Positions 20,367 to 30,666 of a DNA stretch of 64,000 nt are shown one piece after another. The stretch is taken from assembly GCA_964627245.1 (NCBI GenBank), contig CAZVGS010000004.1:22806-86805 (forward strand), in the 5' to 3' direction. The translations under genes and the position numbers were made by a program. Position 1 is the stretch's first letter. Every line of letters starts with the position of its first letter. Below the pieces are notes generated by a model. It saw nothing but the letters and a program-made list of their open reading frames with translations, was not told the DNA's origin and did no database searches. Source of the DNA: an uncultured Gammaproteobacteria bacterium (GTDB lineage Bacteria; Patescibacteriota; Microgenomatia; Levybacterales; GWA1-39-11).

Positions 20367-21155
20367 CTATCTTTTCTCAAAATAAAGAGTAACTGTTGAG
20401 GTGATGGTTTGGCTCCCGGGTTGTAAATCAGGAGTTATGCCGACATTCCCGCCGGCTCTTGTATCAAGTGACATTGCTGCTTCTTTACCGTAAAACATCG
20501 GTACGGGTCCAACACCAGACGAGGATTCGACAATGTTTACTATCTTGCCAAGCTTTATTCCAAGCTGTCCTGCAAGTCTTTGTGCCTCGGCTTTTGCATT
20601 TTCTATGGCCAGATCTCTGGCTTCCCTTTGATATTTCTCAGGTTCTTCAATTGAATAATTTGTTCCCATAACTTCATTTGCCCCGCCTTCGGTTCCTGCC
20701 TGTATTATCTCCGGCAGTTTTGATATATCATCAACTTTTACACTTACGGTTGCATTGCCGTTGTAACCGGATATTTCACCAGTTCCTCTCTCTGAATAAT
20801 CATAATTTGGATTTATTGAGTAATTAGAAGTTTTGATATCATCTTTGTTAATTCCGATTGCTGTCAGCCCACTCACAATATCATTATTAACAGTATTTAT
20901 TTTCTCCTGTGCTTCATTTATGGTGGATGCGTTATTTACGACGATACCAAGACTTACGGATGCATTATCAGGAGATGCATCGACTCTTCCTACACCGATA
21001 ACCGAGAGCTCTCCCGAAACAGATCTGTTAGCTACAGAAAGAGGGTATGAAATATTGAAATAGTTAACAAGCCAGAGAAAAAGAAAAGTCAAAATAAGAA
21101 TGCCTAAAAAATTAGCCAGAATTTTATTTTCTCTCAAAAAAGTTTTGTAATCCAC
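20367..21155 (-). CDS. SIMPL (DUF541) family protein
   Basis: DIKTSNYSINPNYDY, AIENAKAEA and PGSQTITSTV motifs. Confidence 0.88.
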   Translation of the reverse strand: MDYKTFLRENKILANFLGILILTFLFLWLVNYFNISYPLSVANRSVSGELSVIGVGRVDASPDNASVSLGIVVNNASTINEAQEKINTVNNDIVSGLTAIGINKDDIKTSNYSINPNYDYSERGTGEISGYNGNATVSVKVDDISKLPEIIQAGTEGGANEVMGTNYSIEEPEKYQREARDLAIENAKAEAQRLAGQLGIKLGKIVNIVESSSGVGPVPMFYGKEAAMSLDTRAGGNVGITPDLQPGSQTITSTVTLYFEKR

Positions 21156-21202
21156 GGGAATAGTTTACATTTAGTGGTAAAAAAAAGTCAATCATGAAAT
21201 TA

Positions 21203-24200
21203 CTAAAGTTCGTCTGTGTGGTATCTGGAATATATCATGTAGTAGACAACCGGGATGAAGAAAAGCATTATTGTTCCTGAGAAGAATAGTCCTGCAATTA
21301 TTGCACCTCCCAGGCCCTGCCATAAGGGATTGGTCAATGTAATAGGAAGCAGTCCAACCATAGTTGCAATTGAAGTAAGAGCTATCGGCTCAAGCCTTGA
21401 GGTTGACGCTTCAATAATCGCCTCAGTGAATTTCATACCCACTTCCTGATTTTTGACTATTTTATCAACAACTAAAATAGAATTCTTAACAACTATTCCG
21501 AATAATGCAAGTACACCAATAAGTGCCGGGAATGAAAGAGGGGTGTTAGTTAGAGCAAAAATTATAAGCACTCCTGTAATGGATAGTGGTATAACAAGCA
21601 TAACAATTAGAGCTCTTCTAAATGATCGAAATTGTAAAACCATTGTCGCAATGATAAGCAAGAATGAAAAAATCATGGCTTGCAGTATAGAGTTGACGGA
21701 ATTTTGGTTTTCTTCATTTACTCCTCCGGTTGCCCAGCCGTATCCTTCGGGAAGATTTAGAGAATCAGCATAATCTTCAAGGTTGCTATTTAGATCTGCA
21801 ATATTATTTCCTGCGACCACTCCAGCAGTAACCGATAATGTCCTATTTCCGTCCTCACGTGTTATGAGTGTCGGATTTGCTTTGAGCTCTAATTTTCCAA
21901 GAGAAAGAAGAGGAACAGACCCATTATCTGTTGGTATTGATATTCTTGAAATATCTTCAACGCTTTGAGTAGACTCGCTAAGTCTTATAGAAATATCTTC
22001 AGTAAGGTCAATTTCTCCGGGGATATTTATGGTATCTACTTCAAAACCGCTTGCAAAGATTCTTAGCCAAATGCCTAATTGATCAACGGTAATTCTATTT
22101 GCTGCTAACTTTGAATAGTCAGGCACAAACACTAATTTTGATGTCCCTGATTTTATGGATTTATCTATATTTGTTGTTCCTTGTAATGTAACCAGATAAT
22201 CCTGGATCTTGTCGGCATAACTATTCAGTACAGAAAGATCAGGACCAAATAACTTTATCTGCAGGTCTGCTCCGGCAGGCGGTCCGCCTGACACCTCATT
22301 TACGGAGATTTTCCCTTTATCGTAATTCACAAAGTCATTCCTTAGTTTTGCCGCAATTTCAGATGAACTTTTTGATCTATCTGAATTAAGAAGTATAGAA
22401 TATAAAACACTGTTCCCACCGCTTCCTCCGGGGCCCATTTCAGAAGAAAATCCCTGACCTGTCTCAAGAGTTAAAAACTCGGCTTCTTTTAATTTTTTGA
22501 GATTTTCCATAAAGACGAGTCCTTCTTCATGAACTGTCTTGAAGTTAGTTCCGGTTGGGAATTCTATAGAAACATATAAATTGTCTTCGTCTGTTTTCGG
22601 AAAAAATTCATTTTTAACAATTCCAAGCGGAACCAGTAAAAAGGAAAATATTAAAAATACAGAAACAAAAATAACAGTATTTTTTCTGCCCCGCTTAGAA
22701 TGAAGAATTCCTTCCAATACTTTTTGATAACGCCTCTCAATAATATTAAAGTGAATAAGACCATTGTCTAGAGCGCGTCGGTAGTCAAATTTTATGTCAA
22801 TCCTTTCTTTTATTCCTGGAAGCATTTTTCCCCATAATTTTGAGACAACAAATAGAAAGGCGATTACAGCCAGTATTTCAATAAGTACAATATTGGATTG
22901 AGGCAAAATAAAGACGAATAGAGAATAAAGAAGGGTCGTAAATAGCAGGATAATTAAGAGCACCTTTACTCTAAAAGGAACAATAGGCTTAAGTAAAAAG
23001 ACCATTAAAGGGACAGTAATAAAAATTGCAACAAAAAGTGAGCCCAAAAGTGTTGATGATACAACTATCGGAATCGGCTTGATAAATTCACCGATAATGC
23101 CGGTACCTAAAATAAGCGGTATAAATGCCCAGACAGTCGTAATGGTAGTTGTTAGTATCGCGACCTTAAAATCACGAAAAACGAGAAGTGCTGTTTCAAG
23201 CGGTGTAAATTTATGAGTTCTGTAGTAAGCGGTCATTGCGCTTATTACAACTATAGTGTCATCAACCAAAAGTCCAAGAGATAGAATCAATGAGAATGTT
23301 GCCAAGAAAGAAAACTCAATGTTTGTTGCCTGCATGACGAAAAATGTAATAAGAAAAGAAAAGGGCACTGACAGCATTGATATAAATGCTTGTCTTATTC
23401 CAAGAAAAATTAAAAGAACTACAAAAACCAGGGTTATGGTTATGAGAACGTCTCTTATTAGATGACCGAATTCCTCGTTCAATAATTCTGAAGAGTTGAT
23501 AATGGTTTTAACCTCAAAATCTGAGCCTTCACTTTTCAATTTTTCATCGATCAGCTCTTCAGCCTGATGTGTTGCCTCCTCTATGTTAATTGAAGTAACA
23601 CGGAAAACATTAAAACTTACCGATGGTCTGATGTCTCCATCCGACAAAACGTATGATTGATTTTGGTCCGGTTTTGAGATCTCTTTAACTTCAGATATAT
23701 CCCCAAGGGATACTATTTGACCTGCTACTGAAAGTTTTAAGTCGCGGATATCCCCGATATCAATCAATCCGGGATCAATCGTTAAAGAAAACTCAGAGGA
23801 GCTGGTTTTGACAATTCCTGCCGGAAAAGAACTGAGACTGCCTTTTATTACAGAGCTTAATTGAAGAGGATTGATTTCGTATGTTGAGATAGCTTCAGGC
23901 TTAAGTATGATTTGTATTTCTTGCTCATCAATTCCCGTAATGCTTACATTGTCAATTGTTGATAAATCCTCTAAATCATTCTTAAGGCTCCGTGCAAATC
24001 GGATAAGACTTGCCCTGTCATTATTTTCAGACACTAAATTAAATGTCCAAATCGGCTGGTTTTCGAAATCAAGTTTTATTACATTTGGATCTAGCGCGTC
24101 TTCTGGAAGATCATTTATTGATGTAACTGCCGAATTGACGTCGTCTCTTGCCTTATCGGGGTCTGTTCCTGATTCGAATTCAATTTGTATGACAGAAACA

Positions 24201-24511
24201 GAATCTCTTGAAGTAGATGTCACCTGCTTTACCTTATCAAGTCCTTCAATCGCATCTTCGATAGGTATCGTAATTAGCGACTCGATATCAGACGGACTGC
24301 CCCCCGGCAGAACCGTTGAAACTATAACTAGAGGTATATTTATCGTCGGATTTAATTTTCTCGGAAGGGATACGTAAGCAGAGACCCCAAGGGCTATTAC
24401 GGTCAGAACAACGATAACAACAAGTCTAAAGTTAGTTAGATATTTTGCAAAAAAAGACTTTAAGAGACTATTGTCAAATTTTAATTGTTGTAGATATTTG
24501 GAAGTACTCAT
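21203..24511 (-). CDS. RND efflux permease (AcrB/SwrC-like)
   Basis: GLLVDD, GIVVKNSILVVD and RLEPIALTS motifs; multiple TMs. Confidence 0.93.
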   Translation of the reverse strand: MSTSKYLQQLKFDNSLLKSFFAKYLTNFRLVVIVVLTVIALGVSAYVSLPRKLNPTINIPLVIVSTVLPGGSPSDIESLITIPIEDAIEGLDKVKQVTSTSRDSVSVIQIEFESGTDPDKARDDVNSAVTSINDLPEDALDPNVIKLDFENQPIWTFNLVSENNDRASLIRFARSLKNDLEDLSTIDNVSITGIDEQEIQIILKPEAISTYEINPLQLSSVIKGSLSSFPAGIVKTSSSEFSLTIDPGLIDIGDIRDLKLSVAGQIVSLGDISEVKEISKPDQNQSYVLSDGDIRPSVSFNVFRVTSINIEEATHQAEELIDEKLKSEGSDFEVKTIINSSELLNEEFGHLIRDVLITITLVFVVLLIFLGIRQAFISMLSVPFSFLITFFVMQATNIEFSFLATFSLILSLGLLVDDTIVVISAMTAYYRTHKFTPLETALLVFRDFKVAILTTTITTVWAFIPLILGTGIIGEFIKPIPIVVSSTLLGSLFVAIFITVPLMVFLLKPIVPFRVKVLLIILLFTTLLYSLFVFILPQSNIVLIEILAVIAFLFVVSKLWGKMLPGIKERIDIKFDYRRALDNGLIHFNIIERRYQKVLEGILHSKRGRKNTVIFVSVFLIFSFLLVPLGIVKNEFFPKTDEDNLYVSIEFPTGTNFKTVHEEGLVFMENLKKLKEAEFLTLETGQGFSSEMGPGGSGGNSVLYSILLNSDRSKSSSEIAAKLRNDFVNYDKGKISVNEVSGGPPAGADLQIKLFGPDLSVLNSYADKIQDYLVTLQGTTNIDKSIKSGTSKLVFVPDYSKLAANRITVDQLGIWLRIFASGFEVDTINIPGEIDLTEDISIRLSESTQSVEDISRISIPTDNGSVPLLSLGKLELKANPTLITREDGNRTLSVTAGVVAGNNIADLNSNLEDYADSLNLPEGYGWATGGVNEENQNSVNSILQAMIFSFLLIIATMVLQFRSFRRALIVMLVIPLSITGVLIIFALTNTPLSFPALIGVLALFGIVVKNSILVVDKIVKNQEVGMKFTEAIIEASTSRLEPIALTSIATMVGLLPITLTNPLWQGLGGAIIAGLFFSGTIMLFFIPVVYYMIYSRYHTDEL

Positions 24512-24517
24512 GCATTG

Positions 24518-26020
24518 CTATTTGTTAATTTTTACAATTTCTCCTTCGATGACATTTCTCGAGAGAATTACCTGGTCTTTCTTGGAAAGACCTTTGATAA
24601 CCGTTACGTATCCGCCGGTTACACTTCCCAATTCCACCTTTTTGGACGAAGCTTTTCCATTTTCAGCAACATATACATAGGCTTCGTCTTGTGTTTGGAA
24701 AACACTGTCTACCGGAATAAAGGGGTAAGGACTTTCCAAATTTTGACTTATCGGCAAAGTTACAGAAATAAATGAATTGTCGGTGAAATAACTTTTGTAA
24801 TTCTCATCGATAGCAAAAAGTACAGAATAGAGTTGACCGTCTGTTGCTTCGGATGAAATATATGAGGGAGTTGCATCAATAACTTTCCCGTTTACAAAAA
24901 GTTTTGACTTAGAAATTACTGAGACTTTGTCTGCTGTTTCTTTCGAAACCTTAGCATCAACTACAACTTCCCCAGTCGAGCCTGAGAACGTAACCAGAGT
25001 CATTCCCGGTGTGACATTGTCTCCAACCTTAACATGAATTTTTTGAACTGTACCGGCAAATGGGGACGATGGGTACATGTTGGCTTCTTGTATCTTTGCA
25101 AGCTGTAGAGATATGCCAGACGTTTTAAGACTCATCTCAAGACCTTTTTGCTGAAGATCAAGCTGGGCAAGCGCAATATCTTTGCTAATTCTTCCAAGAT
25201 CAACGGCCGCATCATCTTCATTCGTCTGATATTCATTTGCTCTGAGTGAGGCTTGAAGCTGATTGTTCCCTGCCTGCAGCTGAGCTTGAATTTGCTGAAG
25301 GCTTAATATTTGTGCAGGATCCCCATTTGACTGTTCTAGGGATTGTATGTTTGATTTGACAGTATTCAAAATCTCAGAATTCAAATTTATCAAGGTTCTT
25401 GTTTCATCAATGGATACACTTGTTATGTCGCGAAGCGTGTCTGAATTCTCACTTTGTCTATTTGCAAGATCCCTTTGCCTTTCAATAAGTCCTTTTTGAA
25501 TATCGTATGTCTCTTTAGTATTTTGATAAGTGAGGGCTGCAAGCTGTCTCTGAAGCGATGCTGCATTTCCACCCTGATAATTTGATGAAAGGCTGATGAT
25601 TGTTTTGCCTTTTGCAAGTTCTTGTCCCTCTAAAGCATTGATTGATGAGATAATTCCAGGACTTTGGGCAACAATTTTTATGACTCCGCCTTTTTTGACT
25701 TTTCCCTGTACGGTTATTTTTGCATTTTCTCCTATATTAAAAACGTCTACATTTTTAGCTTCGGTTCTCGTTTCAATTTTGGGAGCTTTTACACTAAAAA
25801 TTGTGCTTCCAAGAAAAATAATTATAAACAATGTTATTAGTGCTATAAAAAATGAAGTGAAAGGCTTTTTCTGTGCAAAGACTATCGTCTTTTGATAGCG
25901 ATTTTTTGCTTCAAATTTTTTAATTCTTGAGTCTACTGTTTTTTTGATATCACCAAACTTTGAGAAGCGGTTGACCGGGGCAGATCTTTTTGAGCTTGGC
26001 AACCTTTTTGGTGTTGCCAT
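24518..26020 (-). CDS. RND membrane fusion protein
   Basis: N-terminal TM, lipoyl halves (SPFAGTV..VKVGD), long coiled coil. Confidence 0.88.
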   Translation of the reverse strand: MATPKRLPSSKRSAPVNRFSKFGDIKKTVDSRIKKFEAKNRYQKTIVFAQKKPFTSFFIALITLFIIIFLGSTIFSVKAPKIETRTEAKNVDVFNIGENAKITVQGKVKKGGVIKIVAQSPGIISSINALEGQELAKGKTIISLSSNYQGGNAASLQRQLAALTYQNTKETYDIQKGLIERQRDLANRQSENSDTLRDITSVSIDETRTLINLNSEILNTVKSNIQSLEQSNGDPAQILSLQQIQAQLQAGNNQLQASLRANEYQTNEDDAAVDLGRISKDIALAQLDLQQKGLEMSLKTSGISLQLAKIQEANMYPSSPFAGTVQKIHVKVGDNVTPGMTLVTFSGSTGEVVVDAKVSKETADKVSVISKSKLFVNGKVIDATPSYISSEATDGQLYSVLFAIDENYKSYFTDNSFISVTLPISQNLESPYPFIPVDSVFQTQDEAYVYVAENGKASSKKVELGSVTGGYVTVIKGLSKKDQVILSRNVIEGEIVKINK

Positions 26021-26068
26021 ATTAAGTATCAGATTGTAGCAGTTGCAAGCCTCAAAAACAAGAGATAT

Positions 26069-27280
26069 TTACTCGTATCTAAGTGCATCTATTGGCGACA
26101 ATCTTGCGGCGCGACGGGCGGGGTAAAGTCCAAAAACAATTCCAACAAGCGTTGATACACCAACAGCAATTAGGATGGCAGGTACACTCACGACGAATGG
26201 GATTCCTGCAATTAAAGACACGAGCCATGCTCCGCCAATTCCTATTGAAATTCCAATAAGTCCGCCTATAAGAGTCATGACTACTGATTCCATCAAAAAT
26301 TGGGTTAAGATGTCTTTTTGTTTTGCGCCGATTGCCTTTAAGAGTCCTATTTCTTTTGTTCGCTCTGTAACTGATACAAGCATTATATTCATGACTCCAA
26401 CTCCTCCAACTACGAGTGAAATTCCTGAGATACCTGCTATCATGGCTGTTAATAGTCCGGTAATTGTTTGGACAGTTGATAATATATCCTGAGCGCTTGA
26501 TATTTGAAAATCGTTCTCATCATCTTCATCTAAATTGTGTTGTTCGCGGAGCAGTGCTTCAACATCTTCAATTGTTTGGTTGATGCTATCCTGATCATAG
26601 ACACTAATATCAATTTCCTGGAGTCTTTCTTCACCAAGTATCTCATTTGTTACAATATCAATTGGAATAAAAAGAGATTTGTTTAGAAAGCTTCCCGCAA
26701 GAGCGCTTGAAGAATTAAGAACACCTGTTACTCTAAATATACGTCCGCCAATTCTAAGGGTTTCACCAACCGGATTCGTATCTTCTCCGAAAAAGTTCTC
26801 TGATACATCTGTTCCAATAACAGCAATTCTTTCAGATGATAGAACTTGTTCTTCCGTAATAAATTCTCCATAAATCATATCGGGCCGAAAAATTTCTAAC
26901 GCCTCATGGGTTGATCCATAAACAAGATACTCATCTTCTTGTCCATTTGCCTGCACTTTTGTGGAAGCCATGGCGAAAGGAGCGATATTCCTGATATTGG
27001 TTAATGAAGTGTTGTTTCTTATAATTTCAAGATCATCAAAAGTAAGAGATGTGGATCCGGCAATTGCACTTATTTGACTTGTCCCGGGATTTATTTGAAA
27101 ATAGTCCGTTCCAAATTGTGCAAGTTCATTAGTTATAAATTTAACAGCACCTTGACCGATGGAATAAATGAGAATAACCGAAGTTATTCCAATAATAATT
27201 CCAAGCATAGTCAAGGAAGTTCTCATTTTGTTGACTCTTAAAGCTTGAATTGCGCTTATGAAGATTTCTCTATATTCCAT
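26069..27280 (-). CDS. MacB/YknZ-type ABC permease
   Basis: RTSLTMLGIIIG, MNIMLVSVTERTKEIG and YPARRAARLSPIDALRYE motifs. Confidence 0.93.
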   Translation of the reverse strand: MEYREIFISAIQALRVNKMRTSLTMLGIIIGITSVILIYSIGQGAVKFITNELAQFGTDYFQINPGTSQISAIAGSTSLTFDDLEIIRNNTSLTNIRNIAPFAMASTKVQANGQEDEYLVYGSTHEALEIFRPDMIYGEFITEEQVLSSERIAVIGTDVSENFFGEDTNPVGETLRIGGRIFRVTGVLNSSSALAGSFLNKSLFIPIDIVTNEILGEERLQEIDISVYDQDSINQTIEDVEALLREQHNLDEDDENDFQISSAQDILSTVQTITGLLTAMIAGISGISLVVGGVGVMNIMLVSVTERTKEIGLLKAIGAKQKDILTQFLMESVVMTLIGGLIGISIGIGGAWLVSLIAGIPFVVSVPAILIAVGVSTLVGIVFGLYPARRAARLSPIDALRYE

Positions 27281-27288
27281 ATGACTTT

Positions 27289-27996
27289 TTAAATCTTTCT
27301 GCCATTTTGTATGTCGCTTACAATTTTCCCGTCGACCAGTTTTATAACTCTTTTTGCGAAGGCTGCAATATCATGCTCGTGAGTAATTATTATTATTGTT
27401 TTTCCATCTTCGTTCAGTTTTTTCATAAAGCTCATTATTTCATGTGATGTTTTGCTGTCCAGGTTTCCCGTCGGCTCATCGGCAAGGATTATGGATGGAT
27501 TCATGACAAGTGCACGGGCAATTGCTACTCTCTGAATTTGACCACCTGAAATACGGTTGGATAAATTATTGGCTTTATCTGCAATTCCAACTCTCTCTAA
27601 AGACTGCATAGCTCTTAAGTTTCTCTCCTTTTCGTCAATTCCTGCATACATCATGGGTTTTTCTACATTCTTAATAACTGTTGTTCTTGAGAGAAGGTTA
27701 AATGATTGGAAAACAAATCCAATCTCCCGGTTTCTTATTTCAGCCAGTTGGTCCTCTGTGTAGCTTGAAATGTTTTTTCCTTTAAGGCGATATTTACCAT
27801 CAGTTGGTACATCTAGAGCTCCCAGAATATGCATGAGAGTGGATTTTCCACTACCCGATGGTCCCATTATGGCGACGAATTCACCTTCATAAATCTTAAG
27901 GCTAATGCCATTAATTGCCCGATAAACTTCATCCTCACCAATCGGATATTCTTTAATTATTTTTTCAAGTTCAATTAAAAGAGGTTCTTTTGGCAT
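27289..27996 (-). CDS. MacB/LolD-type ABC ATP-binding protein
   Basis: GPSGSGKST, ISGGQ and LADEPTGNLD motifs. Confidence 0.95.
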   Translation of the reverse strand: MPKEPLLIELEKIIKEYPIGEDEVYRAINGISLKIYEGEFVAIMGPSGSGKSTLMHILGALDVPTDGKYRLKGKNISSYTEDQLAEIRNREIGFVFQSFNLLSRTTVIKNVEKPMMYAGIDEKERNLRAMQSLERVGIADKANNLSNRISGGQIQRVAIARALVMNPSIILADEPTGNLDSKTSHEIMSFMKKLNEDGKTIIIITHEHDIAAFAKRVIKLVDGKIVSDIQNGRKI

Positions 27997-28004
27997 TTCA
28001 TTTG

Positions 28005-29270
28005 TTAGCTTCCGAATAATCCCGGTCTTTGAATATTTTCGTTGGAAAGAGTAGATATTACTTCTTGTCCTTCGGATAAGCCTTTTAGTATTTGTGTTTT
28101 TTCTGTACCACGCACGCCGGTAACAACAGGAATATATTTGAATTTTTCAGGTCTTGAGTTGTCCGGCACTCTTACTGCCCGTCCTCCTTGGTATGGTTTA
28201 ACAGAAGCATTACTGACACTCAAAACATTCTCAAGCTTTTGAGTCGTAATCTCAACATCTGTCGTCATCCCTTGCTTGATTTTATTATCTGAGTCAAGAA
28301 TTGTGATAAATGTTTTGTATGACACAACGCCTTGGTTGTCTGTTCCGACAGCATCAACTCTATCCACCATCCCTTTGTATTTTTTATTTGATATGGCATT
28401 TATTTCAATCTCTGCATTTTGTCCCGGCTGGACTTTCGTTATGTCAGTTTCTGATAGTTCTAATAATATTTCATTCTTGTAGTGAGACATAAGAATTAAT
28501 GACGGAGCAGTTGAGGTGCCTGTAAGAGAAATACTCTTAATAGATACTGAGCTCCCTGTTGTTATAGCAAGGTTTACAATTGTTCCATTGACTGGTGCTG
28601 TAACAGTTGCATCTTGTGTAGCCATATATAGTGCATGGGTTGATGCAACCGAGGATTGTGCTTGTGCAATTGCAGTCTGTTGATCTTTGTATTCTTTTTC
28701 GGCGGCTAACCATGTATCTTGAGCGATTTGAAATTCGGCAGCTTCCCTATTTTTTTCGTCAGGAGTATCATCACTTTTTTCGTATGTTGAATTTGTAGCA
28801 AGATTTCTGAAAGAATCCCATTGGGCATACATGGATGCTCTTAAAGAATTAGCAGCTGTTTGAACCGTATTTAGTGAATTTACGGCAGCCAAGTAATTTG
28901 CTTGTGCCTGGCGCTTTTCCTGTTCTGTTGCACTGCTTTTTACTACAAATAATTTTTCACCTTCTTCTACATACATCCCGTTCTTGACATAGGTTTCAGT
29001 TATGATTCCGTTTGATGGAGAGTAGACATCAATCCTTCCACTTGAGACGACATTTCCCGATTCTGTAACAGTTTCGACAATATCACTTTTTGCTACTTTT
29101 TCTAATGTGTATGGGGGAGGTTTGGTTGCATTTCCTATGATACTTGCGACAAAGGAAAATCCGATTGTGATAATAATTATAATAAGAATTTTTTTCTTTA
29201 GAGATCTTTTTTTGAACCATTCCCATGGTTTTGAGAGAAGAGTCTTAAGACCATTTATTTTTTTTCTCAT
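28005..29270 (-). CDS. MacA/YknX-type membrane fusion protein
   Basis: TM, APVNGTI, ETDITKVQPGQ and GMTTDVEI motifs. Confidence 0.88.
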   Translation of the reverse strand: MRKKINGLKTLLSKPWEWFKKRSLKKKILIIIIITIGFSFVASIIGNATKPPPYTLEKVAKSDIVETVTESGNVVSSGRIDVYSPSNGIITETYVKNGMYVEEGEKLFVVKSSATEQEKRQAQANYLAAVNSLNTVQTAANSLRASMYAQWDSFRNLATNSTYEKSDDTPDEKNREAAEFQIAQDTWLAAEKEYKDQQTAIAQAQSSVASTHALYMATQDATVTAPVNGTIVNLAITTGSSVSIKSISLTGTSTAPSLILMSHYKNEILLELSETDITKVQPGQNAEIEINAISNKKYKGMVDRVDAVGTDNQGVVSYKTFITILDSDNKIKQGMTTDVEITTQKLENVLSVSNASVKPYQGGRAVRVPDNSRPEKFKYIPVVTGVRGTEKTQILKGLSEGQEVISTLSNENIQRPGLFGS

Positions 29271-29349
29271 ACATATATATTAACATTTAATATTAACATT
29301 GAAGGACACTTCTTAAAACTCTATTTTTCAAATAATGCTATAACGCCTC

Positions 29350-29418
29350 TTGACACAGTTTGATGCGTTTGCTAATATCCACAATTACAACTGCCCCGTT
29401 ACTCGGGGCATTTTTTGT
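29350..29418 (+). promoter_or_regulatory. Promoter followed by a leader hairpin and T-tract
   Basis: TTGACA(29350)-N17-TAATAT; TGCCCCG-TTACT-CGGGGCA-TTTTTTGT just before ATG 29423. Confidence 0.7.
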
Positions 29419-29422
29419 AAAT

Positions 29423-30202
29423 ATGACAACACAAAATCAAATAACAGCGTCAAAAAAAGTTGCGCTAACTCTCACCCTTCCGACAATAAATTTTTCGGCA
29501 CTTGCTGTAAAAACCAAAGTTCTTTTATCAAATATTTACAGACCGCTTTCCCAGAATGCCTCAAAAACCGTAAGTGAAGCTTCCTCAAAAGCAAGAAGTT
29601 TTAAGCTTCCAAATCTTAAGGACAAATTCAAATTTAACAAAAGGAGTATCAAATTTATTTTTCCTGCTGTAATTGGGATAGTTATAATTATTTCAATTGT
29701 TTCAATAGTAAGATCGTTTCCTGATGCTCAAAGCAGACCGGTTAATGATAGCAAAGACGTATCCCAAAATGCATTGACAACAATAAATTTGGATAGAAAA
29801 TTCGCTTTTCCATTAAAAGATGAAAACGGTAAAGAGGTAGGGAAATTTGATTATATTATCCAGACATCACAGCTTCAGAGCCAAATTATTGTAAAAGGAC
29901 AAAGAGCAACCGCAATTGACGGAAAGGTTTTTCTAATCCTAAATCTTAAAATAACAAATAATTTAGAACAAACAATACAGCTTAATACTCGAGACTATCT
30001 AAGGTTTATTGTTAAAAGCAATGAAAATGAGCAGTTAGCGCCTGATATTCACAATGATCCTGTCGAAGTTCAGGCAATTTCGACAAAATACACAAGAGTC
30101 GGTATTACAATAGATGAGGTAGATGCTAAAAAACTAATTCAACTTAAGGTTGGTGAAATTGGAGGAGAAAAGCAGAATATTGATCTTAATTTTAAGTACT
30201 AA
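29423..30202 (+). CDS. Single-pass membrane protein with beta-rich (DUF4352-like) extracellular domain
   Basis: TM followed by FLILNLKITN and APDIHNDPV; start reassigned to ATG 29423, downstream of the promoter. Confidence 0.65.
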   Translation: MTTQNQITASKKVALTLTLPTINFSALAVKTKVLLSNIYRPLSQNASKTVSEASSKARSFKLPNLKDKFKFNKRSIKFIFPAVIGIVIIISIVSIVRSFPDAQSRPVNDSKDVSQNALTTINLDRKFAFPLKDENGKEVGKFDYIIQTSQLQSQIIVKGQRATAIDGKVFLILNLKITNNLEQTIQLNTRDYLRFIVKSNENEQLAPDIHNDPVEVQAISTKYTRVGITIDEVDAKKLIQLKVGEIGGEKQNIDLNFKY

Positions 30203-30238
30203 TAAGACAGTCTAAGTTTTGATTTTTTCAAAAACACA

Positions 30239-30439
30239 ATGGCACAAAGTACGCAAAAAAAAATTCCGCAACACCTGCTTTCCGAAATTAAAGATGCGTT
30301 GGAAAGTGTCAAATTTGGAAGTATCGAAATCTTCGTTCAAAATAGTGTTGTTACGCAAATTACAGTTAGAAATATCCACAAGACAAGCGTTGAAATAGAA
30401 AAAAGCTCAAATATAGAAAATACAATTAAAGCAATATAG
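30239..30439 (+). CDS. YezD/DUF2292-family small protein
   Basis: IKDALESVKFGSIEIFVQNSVVTQI resembles the family pattern (FGSxEIxVxxxxVxQI). Confidence 0.75.
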   Translation: MAQSTQKKIPQHLLSEIKDALESVKFGSIEIFVQNSVVTQITVRNIHKTSVEIEKSSNIENTIKAI

Positions 30440-30467
30440 CAATATTGTAATAAGTTCCAAATAGGGC

Positions 30468-30496
30468 TTGACAGTAATCTATATATATTATATAAG
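30468..30496 (+). promoter_or_regulatory. Sigma70-type promoter of the repeat-protein operon
   Basis: TTGACA(30468)-N17-TATAAG(30491). Confidence 0.7.
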
Positions 30497-30508
30497 TTAG
30501 ACAAATCG

Positions 30509-30579
30509 AAAGAGCTGACCGCAAACGGAGGCTTCTTCACACAATTTAGTTTTGTGTGCGGAAGTCTCCGTTTTTTTGT
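30509..30579 (+). ncRNA. Candidate attenuator leader RNA (antiterminator hairpin overlapping an intrinsic terminator)
   Basis: AGCTGACCG-CAAA-CGGAGGCT hairpin shares CGGAGGCT with the stem AAACGGAGGCTTC/GAAGTCTCCGTTT, which runs into a T7 tract. Confidence 0.7.
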
Positions 30580-30666
30580 TTCTTGGGGCTACCGGAAATA
30601 AAAATAGGCGGGAGAGATGAAGTGCTCTTGAAAAAGAAATCTTATACAAAAGGAGGTGAAATAAAT

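Noticed and set aside
30509-30579. Known riboswitch (c-di-GMP, SAM, T-box) in this leader
   Set aside because: I could not match the consensus of any class; it is kept as an unclassified attenuator pending an Rfam search.
30556-30666. Track starts at 30556, 29360, 37098, 41301, 19178 and 47944
   Set aside because: These extensions run through promoters, leader hairpins or the upstream gene; downstream ATGs fit the SD, signal peptide or promoter geometry better.
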